Shown here piece by piece: positions 29,066 to 41,100 of a DNA stretch of 64,000 nucleotides; within the stretch, counting starts at the first letter, position 1; each line of letters begins with the position of its first letter. The stretch is from Nitrospinaceae bacterium (GTDB lineage: Bacteria; Nitrospinota; Nitrospinia; Nitrospinales; Nitrospinaceae). The notes beneath the pieces are model-generated. The model worked only from the letters and a program-made list of their open reading frames with translations. It did no database searches and was not told the origin of the DNA. Made by a program: the position numbers and the translations under genes. Location: NCBI GenBank assembly GCA_965223665.1, contig OZ245011.1, positions 3,264,001 through 3,328,000 of the forward strand, read 5' to 3'.

Positions 29066-29881
29066 TTAAACGGAAATAATGGAAAGCCCAGCACGATTAG
29101 CAACTTTGAGAACTTCTTCTCTATTTATTATCATGACTCTTCCCGCTTCTATTGCCAAAACGGAGGCTCTGCCGTTTATTAATCCTTGGATGGTTTTTGG
29201 GCCAATTCCAGGGCTATCGAATCGATAATCCTGATTGGTCCGACTGACTTTGATTATTGTACATTTACCTTTAGAAAACTGGCAGCCACGTTCTATAGTC
29301 AAATCTGTTCCCTCAACAGCTTCTACGGCAATTACTGATTTGTTTTTGACTACTATAGTTTGACCGATTTCTTGGTCTGCCATATATTTTGCAATGGGGA
29401 GCCCATACTCAATGTCTTTCATCTGTTTATCGGTTGGAGTCTTTTTAGTAAGAATTCCTTTCTCCGGATATAATTCTTTCATGAAATCCATTTGATCTAA
29501 AACTTTAAAACCTCTTTTTTCGATTTCATCAATGATGTGCATCATTACTGTTTTATCTTGGTTTGATTTCACGGCCATGAATGCCTTCAAAGTTTCCAAG
29601 TCAAACATTTGGGGTTTAAATATCATTTTCTTTTCAACTTTGCCCATAATAATTAAGTTCTTTACATTCTCATTTGCAAAAGTTTTTACAATTTTTCCCC
29701 CTTTGGCCATATTAATGTAATAACTACTATCAACATAGGGTTTTAAATCTTTGTGAATATCCTCCGTTAGCCCAATTGAAACAATGGAAATACCTTTTTC
29801 TTGAGCTTTTTTAACAAAGTAAACGGGAATTTCACCTGCTCCAGCAATCAATCCAATTTTACTATTTATTTGGTCTGTCAT
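29066..29881 (-). CDS. lpxI: UDP-2,3-diacylglucosamine diphosphatase LpxI
   Basis: IGLIAGAGEIP, IGQTIVV, AVEAVEGTD, QDYRFD.PGIG. Confidence 0.88.
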   Translation of the reverse strand: MTDQINSKIGLIAGAGEIPVYFVKKAQEKGISIVSIGLTEDIHKDLKPYVDSSYYINMAKGGKIVKTFANENVKNLIIMGKVEKKMIFKPQMFDLETLKAFMAVKSNQDKTVMMHIIDEIEKRGFKVLDQMDFMKELYPEKGILTKKTPTDKQMKDIEYGLPIAKYMADQEIGQTIVVKNKSVIAVEAVEGTDLTIERGCQFSKGKCTIIKVSRTNQDYRFDSPGIGPKTIQGLINGRASVLAIEAGRVMIINREEVLKVANRAGLSIISV

Positions 29882-29959
29882 AATGATTCAGCAAAAAAGT
29901 TTCGTTTTTGAAATATGGTTTCCCAGGGAGGGAGATTTGGTAGGAAAAAAACGAGGTGA

Positions 29960-30925
29960 TTATGCGACTTCGGCTCGTTTTAATGCATCCACAATTTCAA
30001 GGGCAATTTCTAAAGAATATAATTCCTTATCTACTGCCACCATTCTGGGAGAACCATTTTTCGCACAATCAAGAAAGTGTTGGAGTTCAAGTTTTAAAGG
30101 ATTTTCTTTATGAACAAAAATCCTTTCCACAAGGGACTCTTGTTTATAACGAAGGGCATCCTTACTTAAAATATGTTCTGAAGAGGAATGTCGATGTACA
30201 TAAATTTCCTGGTCAGTGTAATCCAAGATTACATAGGAGTCTTTTTGAGTAACCGACAAGGTTCGGACTTTGTTTTGAGATGCACGGCTAGCCACAATGT
30301 TAGCAATACATCCATTTTCGAACTCCAACTGGACAGAAACTAAATCATCTTTTTCGGTGAAAACTGATTTCCCCATGACTTGCATGCGAACCACCTTGCT
30401 TTGAATGAGATTCAATAAAATATCTATGTCATGGATCATTATGTCCAAGACAACGCCATCATCCTTCATTCGTTGCACAAAAGGTCCCATTCGTTTGCAT
30501 TCAACAAAAATAGGATCTGTAACCAATTTATCCAATTCCTGAACTGCGCCATTGAAGCGTTCGACATGGCCAATATGTAAGGTAAGCCCTTTACCATTTG
30601 CTAAATTGAATAACTCCCGAGCCTGGTCAAGATCGTCGGTACAAGGTTTTTCTAATAATACGTGAATTCCAGAGGATAAAAATTCTTTTGCAATGGGGTA
30701 GTGCAATTTTGTAGGAACCGCTATCACCACAGAATCTACTTTATCAAAAATTTCACGATAATCATTTACAAAAGGAATGCCAAATCTTTGGGATATATGG
30801 TTGCAACGGTTTTGATCCACATCCGCTACACAAACAAGTTCAACATCTCTCGTCTCACTCAGGGCGCCTACATGATACTCTCCCATTTTCCCAATTCCGA
30901 CCACTCCAATTCTAGAATTCTTCAT
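29960..30925 (-). CDS. Gfo/Idh/MocA oxidoreductase (GnnA-like, inside the lpx cluster)
   Basis: GVVGIGKMG, HVLLEKP, GHVERFN, LDIMIHDID. Confidence 0.85.
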   Translation of the reverse strand: MKNSRIGVVGIGKMGEYHVGALSETRDVELVCVADVDQNRCNHISQRFGIPFVNDYREIFDKVDSVVIAVPTKLHYPIAKEFLSSGIHVLLEKPCTDDLDQARELFNLANGKGLTLHIGHVERFNGAVQELDKLVTDPIFVECKRMGPFVQRMKDDGVVLDIMIHDIDILLNLIQSKVVRMQVMGKSVFTEKDDLVSVQLEFENGCIANIVASRASQNKVRTLSVTQKDSYVILDYTDQEIYVHRHSSSEHILSKDALRYKQESLVERIFVHKENPLKLELQHFLDCAKNGSPRMVAVDKELYSLEIALEIVDALKRAEVA

Positions 30926-31710
30926 TTACCAATAAACCCCCGTTCTGAATTCTTCATGAAGTCAATAAGGTATCTGATTTCATCGCACATTTCAATTTCA
31001 CTTTCAATTTTTTCGATTACTTGAGAATTATTTAATCCTGACTCTTTAATGATTTTAAAAGCGCTTTTAATTGCCAATCGAACATTGGCTTTTATATTTC
31101 TTCGTCGCATACCTACAGAATTAATACTTAACAATCGGGCTGGAGCTCCCGAGACCGTGGAAAAGGGTAAAACATCCTGGTTTACACCCGACATTCCACC
31201 AACCATAGCACTTTGGCCAATTCGAATAAACTGATGTAGGCCTACCATTCCGGAAATAAAAGCAAAATCATCAACTATAATGTGTCCTGACAAACCCGTG
31301 TAATTAACTACAACAACAAAATTACCCACTTGGCAATCATGAGCGACGTGGGAATAGGCCATAAACATGCAATTGTCGCCAATTAAAGTTTTTCCATTTT
31401 CATTACTGGATCGATGGATTGTCACAAATTCACGAACCGTAGTATTATCCCCTATTTGTACAGAGGAAGAAATGTCTTTATCAAACCCCAAAATTTGTGG
31501 TTCGCCTCCTATGGATGCACCTTGAAATATTTGACAATTCTTTCCAATAACCGTATTGCCTTCAATATTAACGTGAGCGGCAATATTTGTTCCGTCCCCA
31601 ATTTTTGTATTGGGTCCAATTACGGAAAAAGGAGCAATACTCACATTTTTACCCAATTGAGCTGTATCGTGAATAATAGCAGACTTCGAAATTTCCATTA
31701 AATGTACCAT
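30922..31710 (-). CDS. lpxA: UDP-N-acetylglucosamine acyltransferase (start may be MEISK at about 31698)
   Basis: Hexapeptide repeats, REFVTIHR, MAYSHVAHDC, LHQFIRIG. Confidence 0.93.
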   Translation of the reverse strand: MVHLMEISKSAIIHDTAQLGKNVSIAPFSVIGPNTKIGDGTNIAAHVNIEGNTVIGKNCQIFQGASIGGEPQILGFDKDISSSVQIGDNTTVREFVTIHRSSNENGKTLIGDNCMFMAYSHVAHDCQVGNFVVVVNYTGLSGHIIVDDFAFISGMVGLHQFIRIGQSAMVGGMSGVNQDVLPFSTVSGAPARLLSINSVGMRRRNIKANVRLAIKSAFKIIKESGLNNSQVIEKIESEIEMCDEIRYLIDFMKNSERGFIGK

Positions 31711-31816
31711 TACTGGGTTATTAAGTTATATGCTTGGGATATCCAGTGAGGATTAGTGAGATAAGCCACTGATTACAAATATATAATTTGATATTAAACT
31801 GGAATCAATAATATTT

Positions 31817-32248
31817 TCAAGCTTTTCCTAGAATAGCTTGCAGTGTCCCCTGGGTAGCTAACTCGTCATCAACAAAGGCTGAACCCTCAAACCGGAATAG
31901 TTCTCCTCTTTGCTTGATTTTTAATAACTCTAAGCGTAACACATCTCCAGGCACTACTGGCCTTCGAAACTTAACGCCATCTACCCCAGTAAATAGAATT
32001 GAAGGATGCCCTTCTTTTTTCAAAATTCTTAAGGCCAAAATACAGGCTACTTGCGCTAAAGCTTCAACAATTAAGACCCCAGGCATGACTGGGTAATCCG
32101 GAAAATGTCCCTGAAAAAAAGGTTCATTTAAAGTAACATTTTTTATTCCAACAATTCGCTTATCATCATCACATTCGATCACTTTATCCACTAGCAAAAA
32201 TGGAAATCTATGGGGAATGATTTTTTGGATTTCGTTGACATCTAACAT
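31817..32248 (-). CDS. fabZ: 3-hydroxyacyl-ACP dehydratase
   Basis: PHRFPFLLVD, NEPFFQGHFP..PVMPGVLIVEALAQ. Confidence 0.96.
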   Translation of the reverse strand: MLDVNEIQKIIPHRFPFLLVDKVIECDDDKRIVGIKNVTLNEPFFQGHFPDYPVMPGVLIVEALAQVACILALRILKKEGHPSILFTGVDGVKFRRPVVPGDVLRLELLKIKQRGELFRFEGSAFVDDELATQGTLQAILGKA

Positions 32249-32312
32249 AATTATCCTCGTTAGAAAGGTTGCCGGATGGGAGATAGTGTTACATACGAAA
32301 ATCTAATTAACG

Positions 32313-32861
32313 TTACTTATGTTTTTTATTATAAGCAATAATTGCTTGAGACGTTAAATCCAACGCATCATCACTATAAAAAAGAGCTTTTTTCTCTAAA
32401 ACCATTGTCATTTTCTTTTGTTTGCCCATAACTTTTAGAACCTTTAGCATTTTCTCTAAAATTTTATTCATCATATCCTGGCGTTTTTTCTCAAATTCTT
32501 CATTACGATCCTGTACATACCGTTCAAACTTTTTCTTTTCTAATAAAAAGCTTTCTTCTTTCTTCTTTTTTAACTCGGGTGTCAAAACAAAACCCTGCTT
32601 ATTGATTTGCTCCAGCATTTTTTTTATTTTTTCTTCACGGGCGGCAATGACACTTTTCTCTTTTTGAAATTCTCGATTAAAATTAGCAATTCCTCTTTTA
32701 AATTCTTTGGTTCCAACGACGGCTTTTTCCATATCTACGAAACCGATTTTGGTAATGGCAAATGCTGAATTTGAGCAAAACAATCCTAATCCAATAACCA
32801 AAGAAAAAATTAATAGAAAGTAACGAAATTTCATTATATTTTTTATCATAATCTCTCTCAA
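32313..32861 (-). CDS. skp: OmpH/Skp periplasmic chaperone
   Basis: Signal peptide, KIGFVD, coiled coil, DLT near C-terminus; lies between bamA and fabZ. Confidence 0.85.
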   Translation of the reverse strand: MREIMIKNIMKFRYFLLIFSLVIGLGLFCSNSAFAITKIGFVDMEKAVVGTKEFKRGIANFNREFQKEKSVIAAREEKIKKMLEQINKQGFVLTPELKKKKEESFLLEKKKFERYVQDRNEEFEKKRQDMMNKILEKMLKVLKVMGKQKKMTMVLEKKALFYSDDALDLTSQAIIAYNKKHK

Positions 32862-32872
32862 TTCTTTTTAAG

Positions 32873-35206
32873 TTAAAATGCCTTTCCAGCAGAAAAGTGA
32901 AATTCTCCAGAGGATTCCCCGGTTTGTTTATCTAATTTGAATCCATAGGCTACCGAAATGGGGCCAAATGGACTAAAGAAACGCATACCAATTCCAACAC
33001 TTTCTCTCATATTGAAAAAATCAATAACTTCTTCAGTAGAGGAAAGATCAGCTCCACTTCCAAAAACATTTCCGCGATCGTAAAAAGTATAAAACAAGAA
33101 TTGTTTGTTTAAGGGGTATTGGAGTTCTAAATTGATTAATAAAGAATGATCTCCTCCTATTGGATCACCCGTTGAAGTTTTTGGACCCACCTGCCTTATA
33201 GTAAAACCACGTAAAGAGTTGGCTCCCCCTAAAAAGTAATGTTCAAAAACAGGCATTACCTCACCACCATATCCCTGGCCATAATTAATTGCAGCATGAA
33301 CGACCCCAACAAGCTTCCTATTAAAAAACTTAGCTATTGGACGGTAGTAAGAGACTTCATAACCTGCCTTGAAAAAATCGGATCCTCCTAAAATATTACC
33401 CGCAATTTCAAATCGTATCACATGCCTCCAACCCTGTGTAGGGTTAATAAAATTATCCCTGGTGTCTCGAATAAAAGTAGGGCCGATACGGCTGGTAGTC
33501 CGAGTTCCATCCATTAATAAAGGAGTTGCATTTTGTGGTAACACGTCAGAAATTTCAACTCTTGAGAACCTGTATGAAATTCCAATCCAATCCGTTTCAG
33601 AAAGATTTTTACCAAACCGAACACCACCACCACGCGACTCGCTATCAAAACTAAAAAAGTTAGATCGGCTGTTAAATGCATCGACACCAAAAGATACTTC
33701 TGAATCAAATATTCTGGGTTCAGTAAAATTTAAGTCAAAATTTGTTCTTCTAGAAGAAAGATTGGTTGACAAATTCAGTCTTTGCCCACGGCCAAATAAA
33801 TTATCTTGGGCAATAGATGCATTAAATATTAAGTTTTCTACAGAACTAAATCCGATTCCAAACGAAATTGAACCGGTAGGTCTTTCTGTTAAAGTAGTGT
33901 CTATATCAATTAAATCCGGTTCCTTACCCCTGCGGGTATCAATTTTAACATCTGCAAAATAGCCTAAATTATTTATTCTTTGTTTGGATCGTTTTAGTTT
34001 TTTGCTGTTAAATAACTCACCTTCTTTGATTCGGAATTCTCTTCGAATTACATTGTCCCGAGTTTTTAAATTTCCTAAGACGTTTATTTTCCCAACATAA
34101 ACCTTACTTCCAGGGTCAATAACAATTTTTAAATTAACAAGACGTTTTTTATCATCTATTTTACTAGTGGGATTTATATCTGCATAAGCGTATCCTTTTT
34201 GAGAATACAATTCAGTTACATTTAATATATCTTGTCTTAATTGAGAAACATTGTAAATGGCTTTTGGTTTAGTTTCTAGAGTCTTTAAAATTTCTTTTTT
34301 CGAATAGGTTTTATCCCCTTCAACTTCTATTTTTCCTACCCGATACTGGTCACCTTCTTCGACTCTAATAGTGATATAAATTTCTTTACTTGCACGGTTA
34401 ATTTCGATGGAAGGATCATGGACTCGAATTCTCAAAAATCCTCTATCTTGATAGTAGGCTTCCAATCGTAAAACATCGAGTTTTAAAATATCTTTTTTGT
34501 ATACTCCAGAGTCATTAAAAAATGTAAGAAGGTTCTCTTCTTTGGTTTCCATTTGATCTTGCAGATCATCAGCTCGAATATATTTATTTCCAATAAATCG
34601 AATTTCTTCGATTTTAATTTTTTCTCCTTCGTTTATTTTGATAGTAATGTTAACCAAACCATCGTTCGTGTTTATTTTATCAACTGCAATTTGGACCAAA
34701 AAATAAGCCTTTTCATGATATTTTGCTTTTATTTTTTCTACAGTATCTGTGATTAAGTGATCATTAAAAGTGGCTCCACGTCGCAGAGATATTTCTTCCA
34801 ATAAATCCTTAGCTTCATATAAGTCATTTCCAACAAAGGTAATATCCCCAATAGATGGGATTTCAACCACCCAATATGTTACTGATACACCTTCGTCCAG
34901 GTCCTCCGTTTCGACATGAATATCTGAAAACTGACCCAAACGGTAAATTTCTTTAATATCTTTTCTCACGAGAAGTCTTGAAAGTGGTTTCCCAACTTCT
35001 GTTTTGATGTAGTAGAGGATAGTTTCTGAATCGACTCGTTGGTTTCCTTTAATACCAATAGATTTAACAATCTTTCCATCTTGTTGACCAAATACGGGAT
35101 TTACCCAACCTAGTACAAGTACAAAGAAAATTAAAAAAGGAGCCCATCCAGTTTTAATTCCTTTTAGCAAAGGAATAAAAATTTTTGAATTAAATAAGGA
35201 AGTCAA
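32873..35206 (-). CDS. bamA: Outer membrane protein assembly factor BamA
   Basis: POTRA repeats (GNQRV, GNLKTRDNVIRRE), LRGF motif, C-terminal Phe. Confidence 0.94.
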   Translation of the reverse strand: MTSLFNSKIFIPLLKGIKTGWAPFLIFFVLVLGWVNPVFGQQDGKIVKSIGIKGNQRVDSETILYYIKTEVGKPLSRLLVRKDIKEIYRLGQFSDIHVETEDLDEGVSVTYWVVEIPSIGDITFVGNDLYEAKDLLEEISLRRGATFNDHLITDTVEKIKAKYHEKAYFLVQIAVDKINTNDGLVNITIKINEGEKIKIEEIRFIGNKYIRADDLQDQMETKEENLLTFFNDSGVYKKDILKLDVLRLEAYYQDRGFLRIRVHDPSIEINRASKEIYITIRVEEGDQYRVGKIEVEGDKTYSKKEILKTLETKPKAIYNVSQLRQDILNVTELYSQKGYAYADINPTSKIDDKKRLVNLKIVIDPGSKVYVGKINVLGNLKTRDNVIRREFRIKEGELFNSKKLKRSKQRINNLGYFADVKIDTRRGKEPDLIDIDTTLTERPTGSISFGIGFSSVENLIFNASIAQDNLFGRGQRLNLSTNLSSRRTNFDLNFTEPRIFDSEVSFGVDAFNSRSNFFSFDSESRGGGVRFGKNLSETDWIGISYRFSRVEISDVLPQNATPLLMDGTRTTSRIGPTFIRDTRDNFINPTQGWRHVIRFEIAGNILGGSDFFKAGYEVSYYRPIAKFFNRKLVGVVHAAINYGQGYGGEVMPVFEHYFLGGANSLRGFTIRQVGPKTSTGDPIGGDHSLLINLELQYPLNKQFLFYTFYDRGNVFGSGADLSSTEEVIDFFNMRESVGIGMRFFSPFGPISVAYGFKLDKQTGESSGEFHFSAGKAF

Positions 35207-35230
35207 CTTTTACCAGGAGCAATTAAAGAC

Positions 35231-35283
35231 AAAAAAAAAGTATCAACCTCTAAGCCTTGAGAAGGCTTAAAGCTTAATACTTT
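35231..35283 (-). terminator. Long hairpin with U-tract after clpC
   Basis: Minus strand AAAGTATTAAGCTTTAAGCCTT-CTC-AAGGCTTAGAGGTTGATACTTTTTTTTT. Confidence 0.65.
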
Positions 35284-35337
35284 AACTGTGCTTTTGTCAA
35301 AGGAATCCTTTATAAAAAGGACTCAAAGTTTTCTATT

Positions 35338-37767
35338 TTAGGAGACCGTGTCTAAGGCGCTGGATTTTTCAGTAAAAGTCAATTCATCTCCATCCAGGCC
35401 AACCTCAATTACGCCATTTGATTTAAATCTACCTTTAAGCATCTCATCAGATAAAACATCCTCTAAATGCTTTTGTATAGCGCGTTTAAGCGGTCGGGCT
35501 CCAAAATTTTTATCATATCCTTTCTCAGCCAGCCATTTTTTGGCTTCATCAGAAATATCAAGAGTTAAGCCTTGTTGAATTAACTGCTGATTCAGCTGTT
35601 GAATTTGAATATCCAAAATTTGGGTCACATTTTCCAAAGTTAATGGCTTAAATACGACTATATCGCTTAATCGATTCAAAAACTCTGGGTTGAAAGTCTT
35701 CCTGAGATCCTGTTTGAGGTCCTTTTCCATTTTATCAAAGCTCATATCCATGTCGTTATTATGGAATCCCAAAGAACCTTTATCTAGCATTTTGGAGCTA
35801 ATATTGGATGTTAAAATGATCACTGTATTTTTAAAATCTATATTACGCCCATAGCTATCAGTCAATCTACCATCATCCATAATTTGTAGAAGTAAATGGT
35901 AAACATCAGGGTTTGCTTTTTCAATTTCGTCAAAAAGAACAACAGAATATGGTTTTCGCCGCACTTTTTCTGTTAATTGACCCCCTTCTTCATAACCAAC
36001 ATAACCAGGAGGGGCACCCGTTAACCTTGAAACATTAAATTTCTCCATATATTCTGACATATCCAACCGAATTAGTGCGTCTCTCTCGCCAAATAAAAAT
36101 TCAGCGAGGGCACCTGCCAGTTCAGTTTTACCCACCCCAGTGGGTCCTAAAAAGAGAAAAGTTCCAATGGGACGGCGCATATCCTTTAAACCAGAACGAG
36201 ATCGGCGAATTGCCTTTGTAATTGCCTCGATGGCTTCTTCCTGTCCAACAATTTTACCTGCAAGTTCCTCACCCATATTGAGCAAGCGAGATGATTCCTT
36301 TTCCTCGATACGGTTGAGAGGAATTCCAGTCATACTGGATACAACAGATGCAATATCTTCTTCCGTAATGCAGGGTTCTTGTAATTGATTTTCTTCATCC
36401 CATTTTGCTTTTGCTTGATCTAACTTGGAACGAAGATCTTCTTCTTTATCTCTTAACTCAACTGCTTTTTCAAATTCCTGATTTTCGATTCTAATTTTCT
36501 TTTCTCGAACCAAAGAATCAATTTCACGTTGAATATTTTTCATTTCTGGAGATTGGGTTGCTTTACGTAACCTTACACGCGAACCAGCTTCATCAATTAC
36601 GTCAATGGCTTTATCAGGCAAAAATCGATCACTAATATATCTATCAGCAAAACGGACTGCAGTTACAATGGCATAATCAGTGATTTTTGCTTTGTGGTGA
36701 ACCTCATAAGGCACCTTGAGTCCGCGAATAATTTCGATCGTTTCATCCACGGAAGGTGGATTAACAATAATTGGCTGGAACCTTCGTTCGAGAGCTCCAT
36801 TTTTTTCAATATATTTTCTGTATTCTTCCAAAGTGGTTGCACCAATGCACTGAATTTCACCGCGAGATAATGCTGGTTTCAGCATATTCGAGGCATCTAC
36901 GGAGCCTTCGGCAGCGCCTGCGCCCACCAAAGTATGGAGTTCATCAATGAATAGGATAACGCTTTCATTTTGGATGATCTCCTTCATGATTCCTTTTAAC
37001 CTTGCTTCAAATTGACCACGGTATTTGGTTCCAGCAATTAGAGAACCTAAATCTAAAGAAACCACACGCTTATCAAATAAACTGTCCGGAACTTCTCGCT
37101 CTACAATAAGTTGAGCAAGTCCTTCTACAATGGCAGTTTTACCTACACCAGGCTCACCAATCAAAACCGGATTATTTTTTGTGCGGCGACTTAAAATTTG
37201 AATCACTCTTTCAATTTCTTTGCTGCGGCCAATTATAGGATCAAGCTTTCCAGCTAAAGCCATTTGGGTTAAATCACGACTAAACTCATCAAGAGTGGGT
37301 GTTTTGCCGGCTTCCCGGGTGGTTTCCCCAGGTTCTTTAAACATTTCAACAAGTTTTTCTTTTACATCATCGAAATACATACCAAAGCTATTTAATACTC
37401 GGCAAGCCACTCCTTCTTTTTCTTTTAACAAACCAAGCAATAAATGCTCGGTTCCAATATAATTGTGGTTAAGGGAACGCGCTTCTTCCACCGCAAATTC
37501 GAGCACTTTTTTTGCTCTGGAGGTAAAAGGAATATCTCCTATTACTAAGGAGTTTGAACTGCGCGGGAGGTTTTTCTCTAACTCTTGCTTGATTTGACTT
37601 AAGTCCACCCCAGATTTTTGAAGTAGTGCAACGGCAATTCCTCCCCCATCCTTGATTACTCCCTGGAGGATGTGTTCCGTTCCCAGATACTCATGTCGAT
37701 ATAATTCCGCTTCTTCTCGGGCTAAAATGATGACTCGGCGTGCTCTTTCTGTAAATCGCTTAAACAT
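35338..37767 (-). CDS. clpC: ATP-dependent Clp protease ATP-binding subunit ClpC
   Basis: [12 protein letters not shown], Clp-N repeats, GEPGVGKT and GPTGVGKT Walker A motifs, UVR-like middle domain ([12 protein letters not shown]). Confidence 0.94.
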   Translation of the reverse strand: MFKRFTERARRVIILAREEAELYRHEYLGTEHILQGVIKDGGGIAVALLQKSGVDLSQIKQELEKNLPRSSNSLVIGDIPFTSRAKKVLEFAVEEARSLNHNYIGTEHLLLGLLKEKEGVACRVLNSFGMYFDDVKEKLVEMFKEPGETTREAGKTPTLDEFSRDLTQMALAGKLDPIIGRSKEIERVIQILSRRTKNNPVLIGEPGVGKTAIVEGLAQLIVEREVPDSLFDKRVVSLDLGSLIAGTKYRGQFEARLKGIMKEIIQNESVILFIDELHTLVGAGAAEGSVDASNMLKPALSRGEIQCIGATTLEEYRKYIEKNGALERRFQPIIVNPPSVDETIEIIRGLKVPYEVHHKAKITDYAIVTAVRFADRYISDRFLPDKAIDVIDEAGSRVRLRKATQSPEMKNIQREIDSLVREKKIRIENQEFEKAVELRDKEEDLRSKLDQAKAKWDEENQLQEPCITEEDIASVVSSMTGIPLNRIEEKESSRLLNMGEELAGKIVGQEEAIEAITKAIRRSRSGLKDMRRPIGTFLFLGPTGVGKTELAGALAEFLFGERDALIRLDMSEYMEKFNVSRLTGAPPGYVGYEEGGQLTEKVRRKPYSVVLFDEIEKANPDVYHLLLQIMDDGRLTDSYGRNIDFKNTVIILTSNISSKMLDKGSLGFHNNDMDMSFDKMEKDLKQDLRKTFNPEFLNRLSDIVVFKPLTLENVTQILDIQIQQLNQQLIQQGLTLDISDEAKKWLAEKGYDKNFGARPLKRAIQKHLEDVLSDEMLKGRFKSNGVIEVGLDGDELTFTEKSSALDTVS

Positions 37768-38103
37768 ATTCGGTAGATTCCCTAGAAGTCTATTCTTAAT
37801 AAAAGGCTAAAATAAAGATTTTTCAAACACTTCTTCAATTCAAAGAAAATTTTTTTTAGCTTAGTTTCCTTATTGCATTTTAGCAAACAGGAGGGATATT
37901 ACAAGTTTTAAATTTGTCATATTGGAAGGGTTGTAACTTATTAATAAATAACCCTTTAAGTGATTTTTTGTGGCTGAAATTTTTGCGGTTTTTTACCCTT
38001 TGAAAGACATTATAAAACCTTTACATAAACATTTTTAAGCCAGAGCTGTGCCGAGTTTTTCGTCGATGAAAAATTTATGGTTGGGTTTTGCGATTCACCC
38101 CTC

Positions 38104-41100
38104 CTAAAAATAACCTGCATCTGGGTGGAAGCAAACCAAAGCTGCTGTTGTACTTGGAGGATCAAATTCGTTCGCTTCTGTGAGGGAGATTCCCAGATCC
38201 TGAGGCTGCAATATTTCATAAATTACTCGATTATTAACTAAATCTTCTAAGGAAGGGTATCCAGGACTGTATCGGTTTCCCTTCTCATCTTTTTTCCGGC
38301 CTGTTCGTACTTTAAGCAACTGATGAATGTATTCCGCAAAATCTTCTGCGACTCGGTCGCCTAGACCTTGTAAATATAAGGCGGACTCGGTGTCATTTTC
38401 TTTTTTAAAATTGTCCACTGCTTTTTCTAAGCTTTGTCCTGCGGTCGTGATTTGTAATCCAACCACATCCATAATTCCCGAATCTTTGGAATGGAAGTAC
38501 TGAGCAACAGAAAATATATCTTTTTTCCCTTGACCCACACATACGTTAAAATTGATTCGCTTCAGTTCATTGTCCGGTTGGTTAGGGTCGTAAATAACTA
38601 AATCATCTCCATCGGATTGTGCAGGTAATAGGGCAAACCTTGCTTTTGGAATTATCCAACTATTGGCTTGAGACTTTTCCAGCCAATCTTTTTGAAGCTC
38701 TTTTAATTGCTCAAGTTTGACTCCTTTTTTGGCCCAGGAAGACTTTTTCCCAAATTTCCAATTCAGTGAATACAAACTTTTGGTATCAATGGAAGAGGCT
38801 AATTTATCTAACTTAAATTCTATTTTATGGACTCCGTAACCGTTTTGACGAACCTGATATTTTTTGAAATTCACTTTCCTTCTTTTTAATGTAGAAAGCA
38901 GTTTCTTTTTATCTTCTTCTATTCCTTTGGCTCGTTGGTAACTATGAATAAGTTTTTCACGGTTCTTATCTAATACTTCTGCTTTCTGTTGTTGGTCGGC
39001 TAAAGAGTTCATGGTATTAACTCCGTCCATGCCGCTTTCACAATAAAAAATATTAGGAATAATATTTTGCAAATCGTCTTGCCCATGCATGGCGACATAA
39101 CCTGCATGCCGGTCATTGACCGGAGCTCCACCAATAAGTATTGGAATTTCGTATTTTTGTTCTTTGAGCATGCGCGCCACAGTGATCATATGATTTGAAG
39201 TCTGAACTAAAAGTGCACTCATTCCAATAGCGTCAGCCTTTTCTTTTCGCGCAGTCTCAACGAAATTTTCCAGGGGTACTTGAACTCCCAGGTCCACAGC
39301 TCGATAACCATAATTTTCCAATAAAGTTTTAGCCAGGTCCTTACCAATGCTGTGAACATCTTGGTACACGGTTCCAATGACCACCGTGCCTTTGTAGTCA
39401 ATGGCTGCCCCTGGTTCAACTCCACTTTGATGTCGCATATAGGCTTCTAAAAATCCCATCACGTTACGCATTACATCGGCACTTTTTAATAAATGTGGCA
39501 AACTCACTTCGCCTCGGCCGAACCCATCGCCTAGTTCCCGCATGGTTTTCATTAAGTAATCACTAATAAAACTAAGGGGTTCATGTTTGTCAATCACCTG
39601 AGTTGCTTGTAAAACAATTTTATCGTGGTAGGTGTATACCAACCCATTTTTCTCAATAGTTCCTTCAGATTTTTCTTTGACACCATCCAGAATTTTTCTA
39701 CAAATACTTTCTTCAAGTTCCAGGGCATTGTAGTCAAATTTTTTCGAGACTTTTCCGGTTTTCTTTTTGAGCGCAACTTCTTCCAGCTTTTCAAATGCCT
39801 CCATGTCATGATCTAAGATTATTTTCTTTGCTAAATCGACATCTTCAGGTGGAAGACTTTCTTTGGGGACAAAATGGTTGGGGTTTAAAATGGCGCAATC
39901 CAATCCCCTCTGGCGTGCTTCATCTAAAAAAACACTGGTTAAGACTTTTCGCATATAGGGTTTTTGTGCCAAGCCTGCTGTTAAATTGCCTACTCCAATG
40001 CTGGTTTTTAAATCAGGATGAATTGATTTTATTCTAGGCAAACTGTCCAAGGCTTCTTTACAAAAATTCATTCCCTCTTTCGATTCGCTTCCAATTGGAT
40101 ATGCATTGATATCTACTAAAATTTGATCAGGGGTGACACCATGTTTGTTTAGTGACTGTTGAACAATCTCACTTGCCAATTGATATTTTTCATCTGCAGT
40201 AATCGCAGGTCCTTCCGGGCCATTTACCAAGGCAATGTAAACCGGATGGTGGTCCTTGGTGGATGATAAGACTGCATCAAGTTTAGATTCACCGGGACGG
40301 TATTCTTCTAAGCTGATTGAATTGATAATAGGGCGACCCGGATAAGTGGTTAGACCTTCTTCCAATGCTTCTACAGAGAAAGAGTCTATACACATGGTGG
40401 CTTTAAAGTCACTGGTTAGGTCATGGATAACTTTAGGAAGGATTTTTTCCGTTTCTACAATATTACTGTCCATGCATACATCAATAATTTCCATTCCTAA
40501 ATCTGCGATCTGTTCATGTACAACCTCTTCGAGAATATCAAGTTTTACACCTTCATCCTGTTCAACCGCATCACGTACTTTTTTACTGCCACGAACATTT
40601 AGACGTTCTCCAATACAAATCAACCCGTCTTTACTGTCTAGAACGACGACTTCCTGTGGGCCCGAAATATAGGTTCTATTATCCGTTTCCCGTGGTTTTG
40701 GGATAGCATTTCCTATCATCTTTCGTAAGGATCTGATATGGTCTGGCCGGGTCCCACAACATCCGCCAACTATTGACACTCCATATTCTTTGACAAATGA
40801 TTCCATAATATTGGCCATTTCATTAGGCTCTAATTTATAGCAGGTTTGTCCATCCTCTGAGACCGGTTGGCCTGCATTTGGAACTACAGAAATAGGATGA
40901 GGGCAAATCTGGCTGAGTCGCTTTACGGTGTCTACTAATTCTAAGGGTCCCACATTACAGTTCATTCCAAAGGCAGAGATTCCCATTCCAGCTATGGCTG
41001 TATAGGCGGCATGTATATCAGTATTAAAAATTTGCATTTTTGAAAATGTATCGACTGTTACTTGAGCAATCACGGGCAAAAATTTGTTTTTCTTTTTAAA

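Noticed and set aside
33369-33962. 197-aa ORF antisense to bamA, and the many other short antisense or nested ORFs in the track
   Set aside because: Shadow frames of well-supported genes
37768-38103. CIRCE or CtsR operator upstream of clpC
   Set aside because: Only a partial TTAGCA; no complete inverted or heptad repeat
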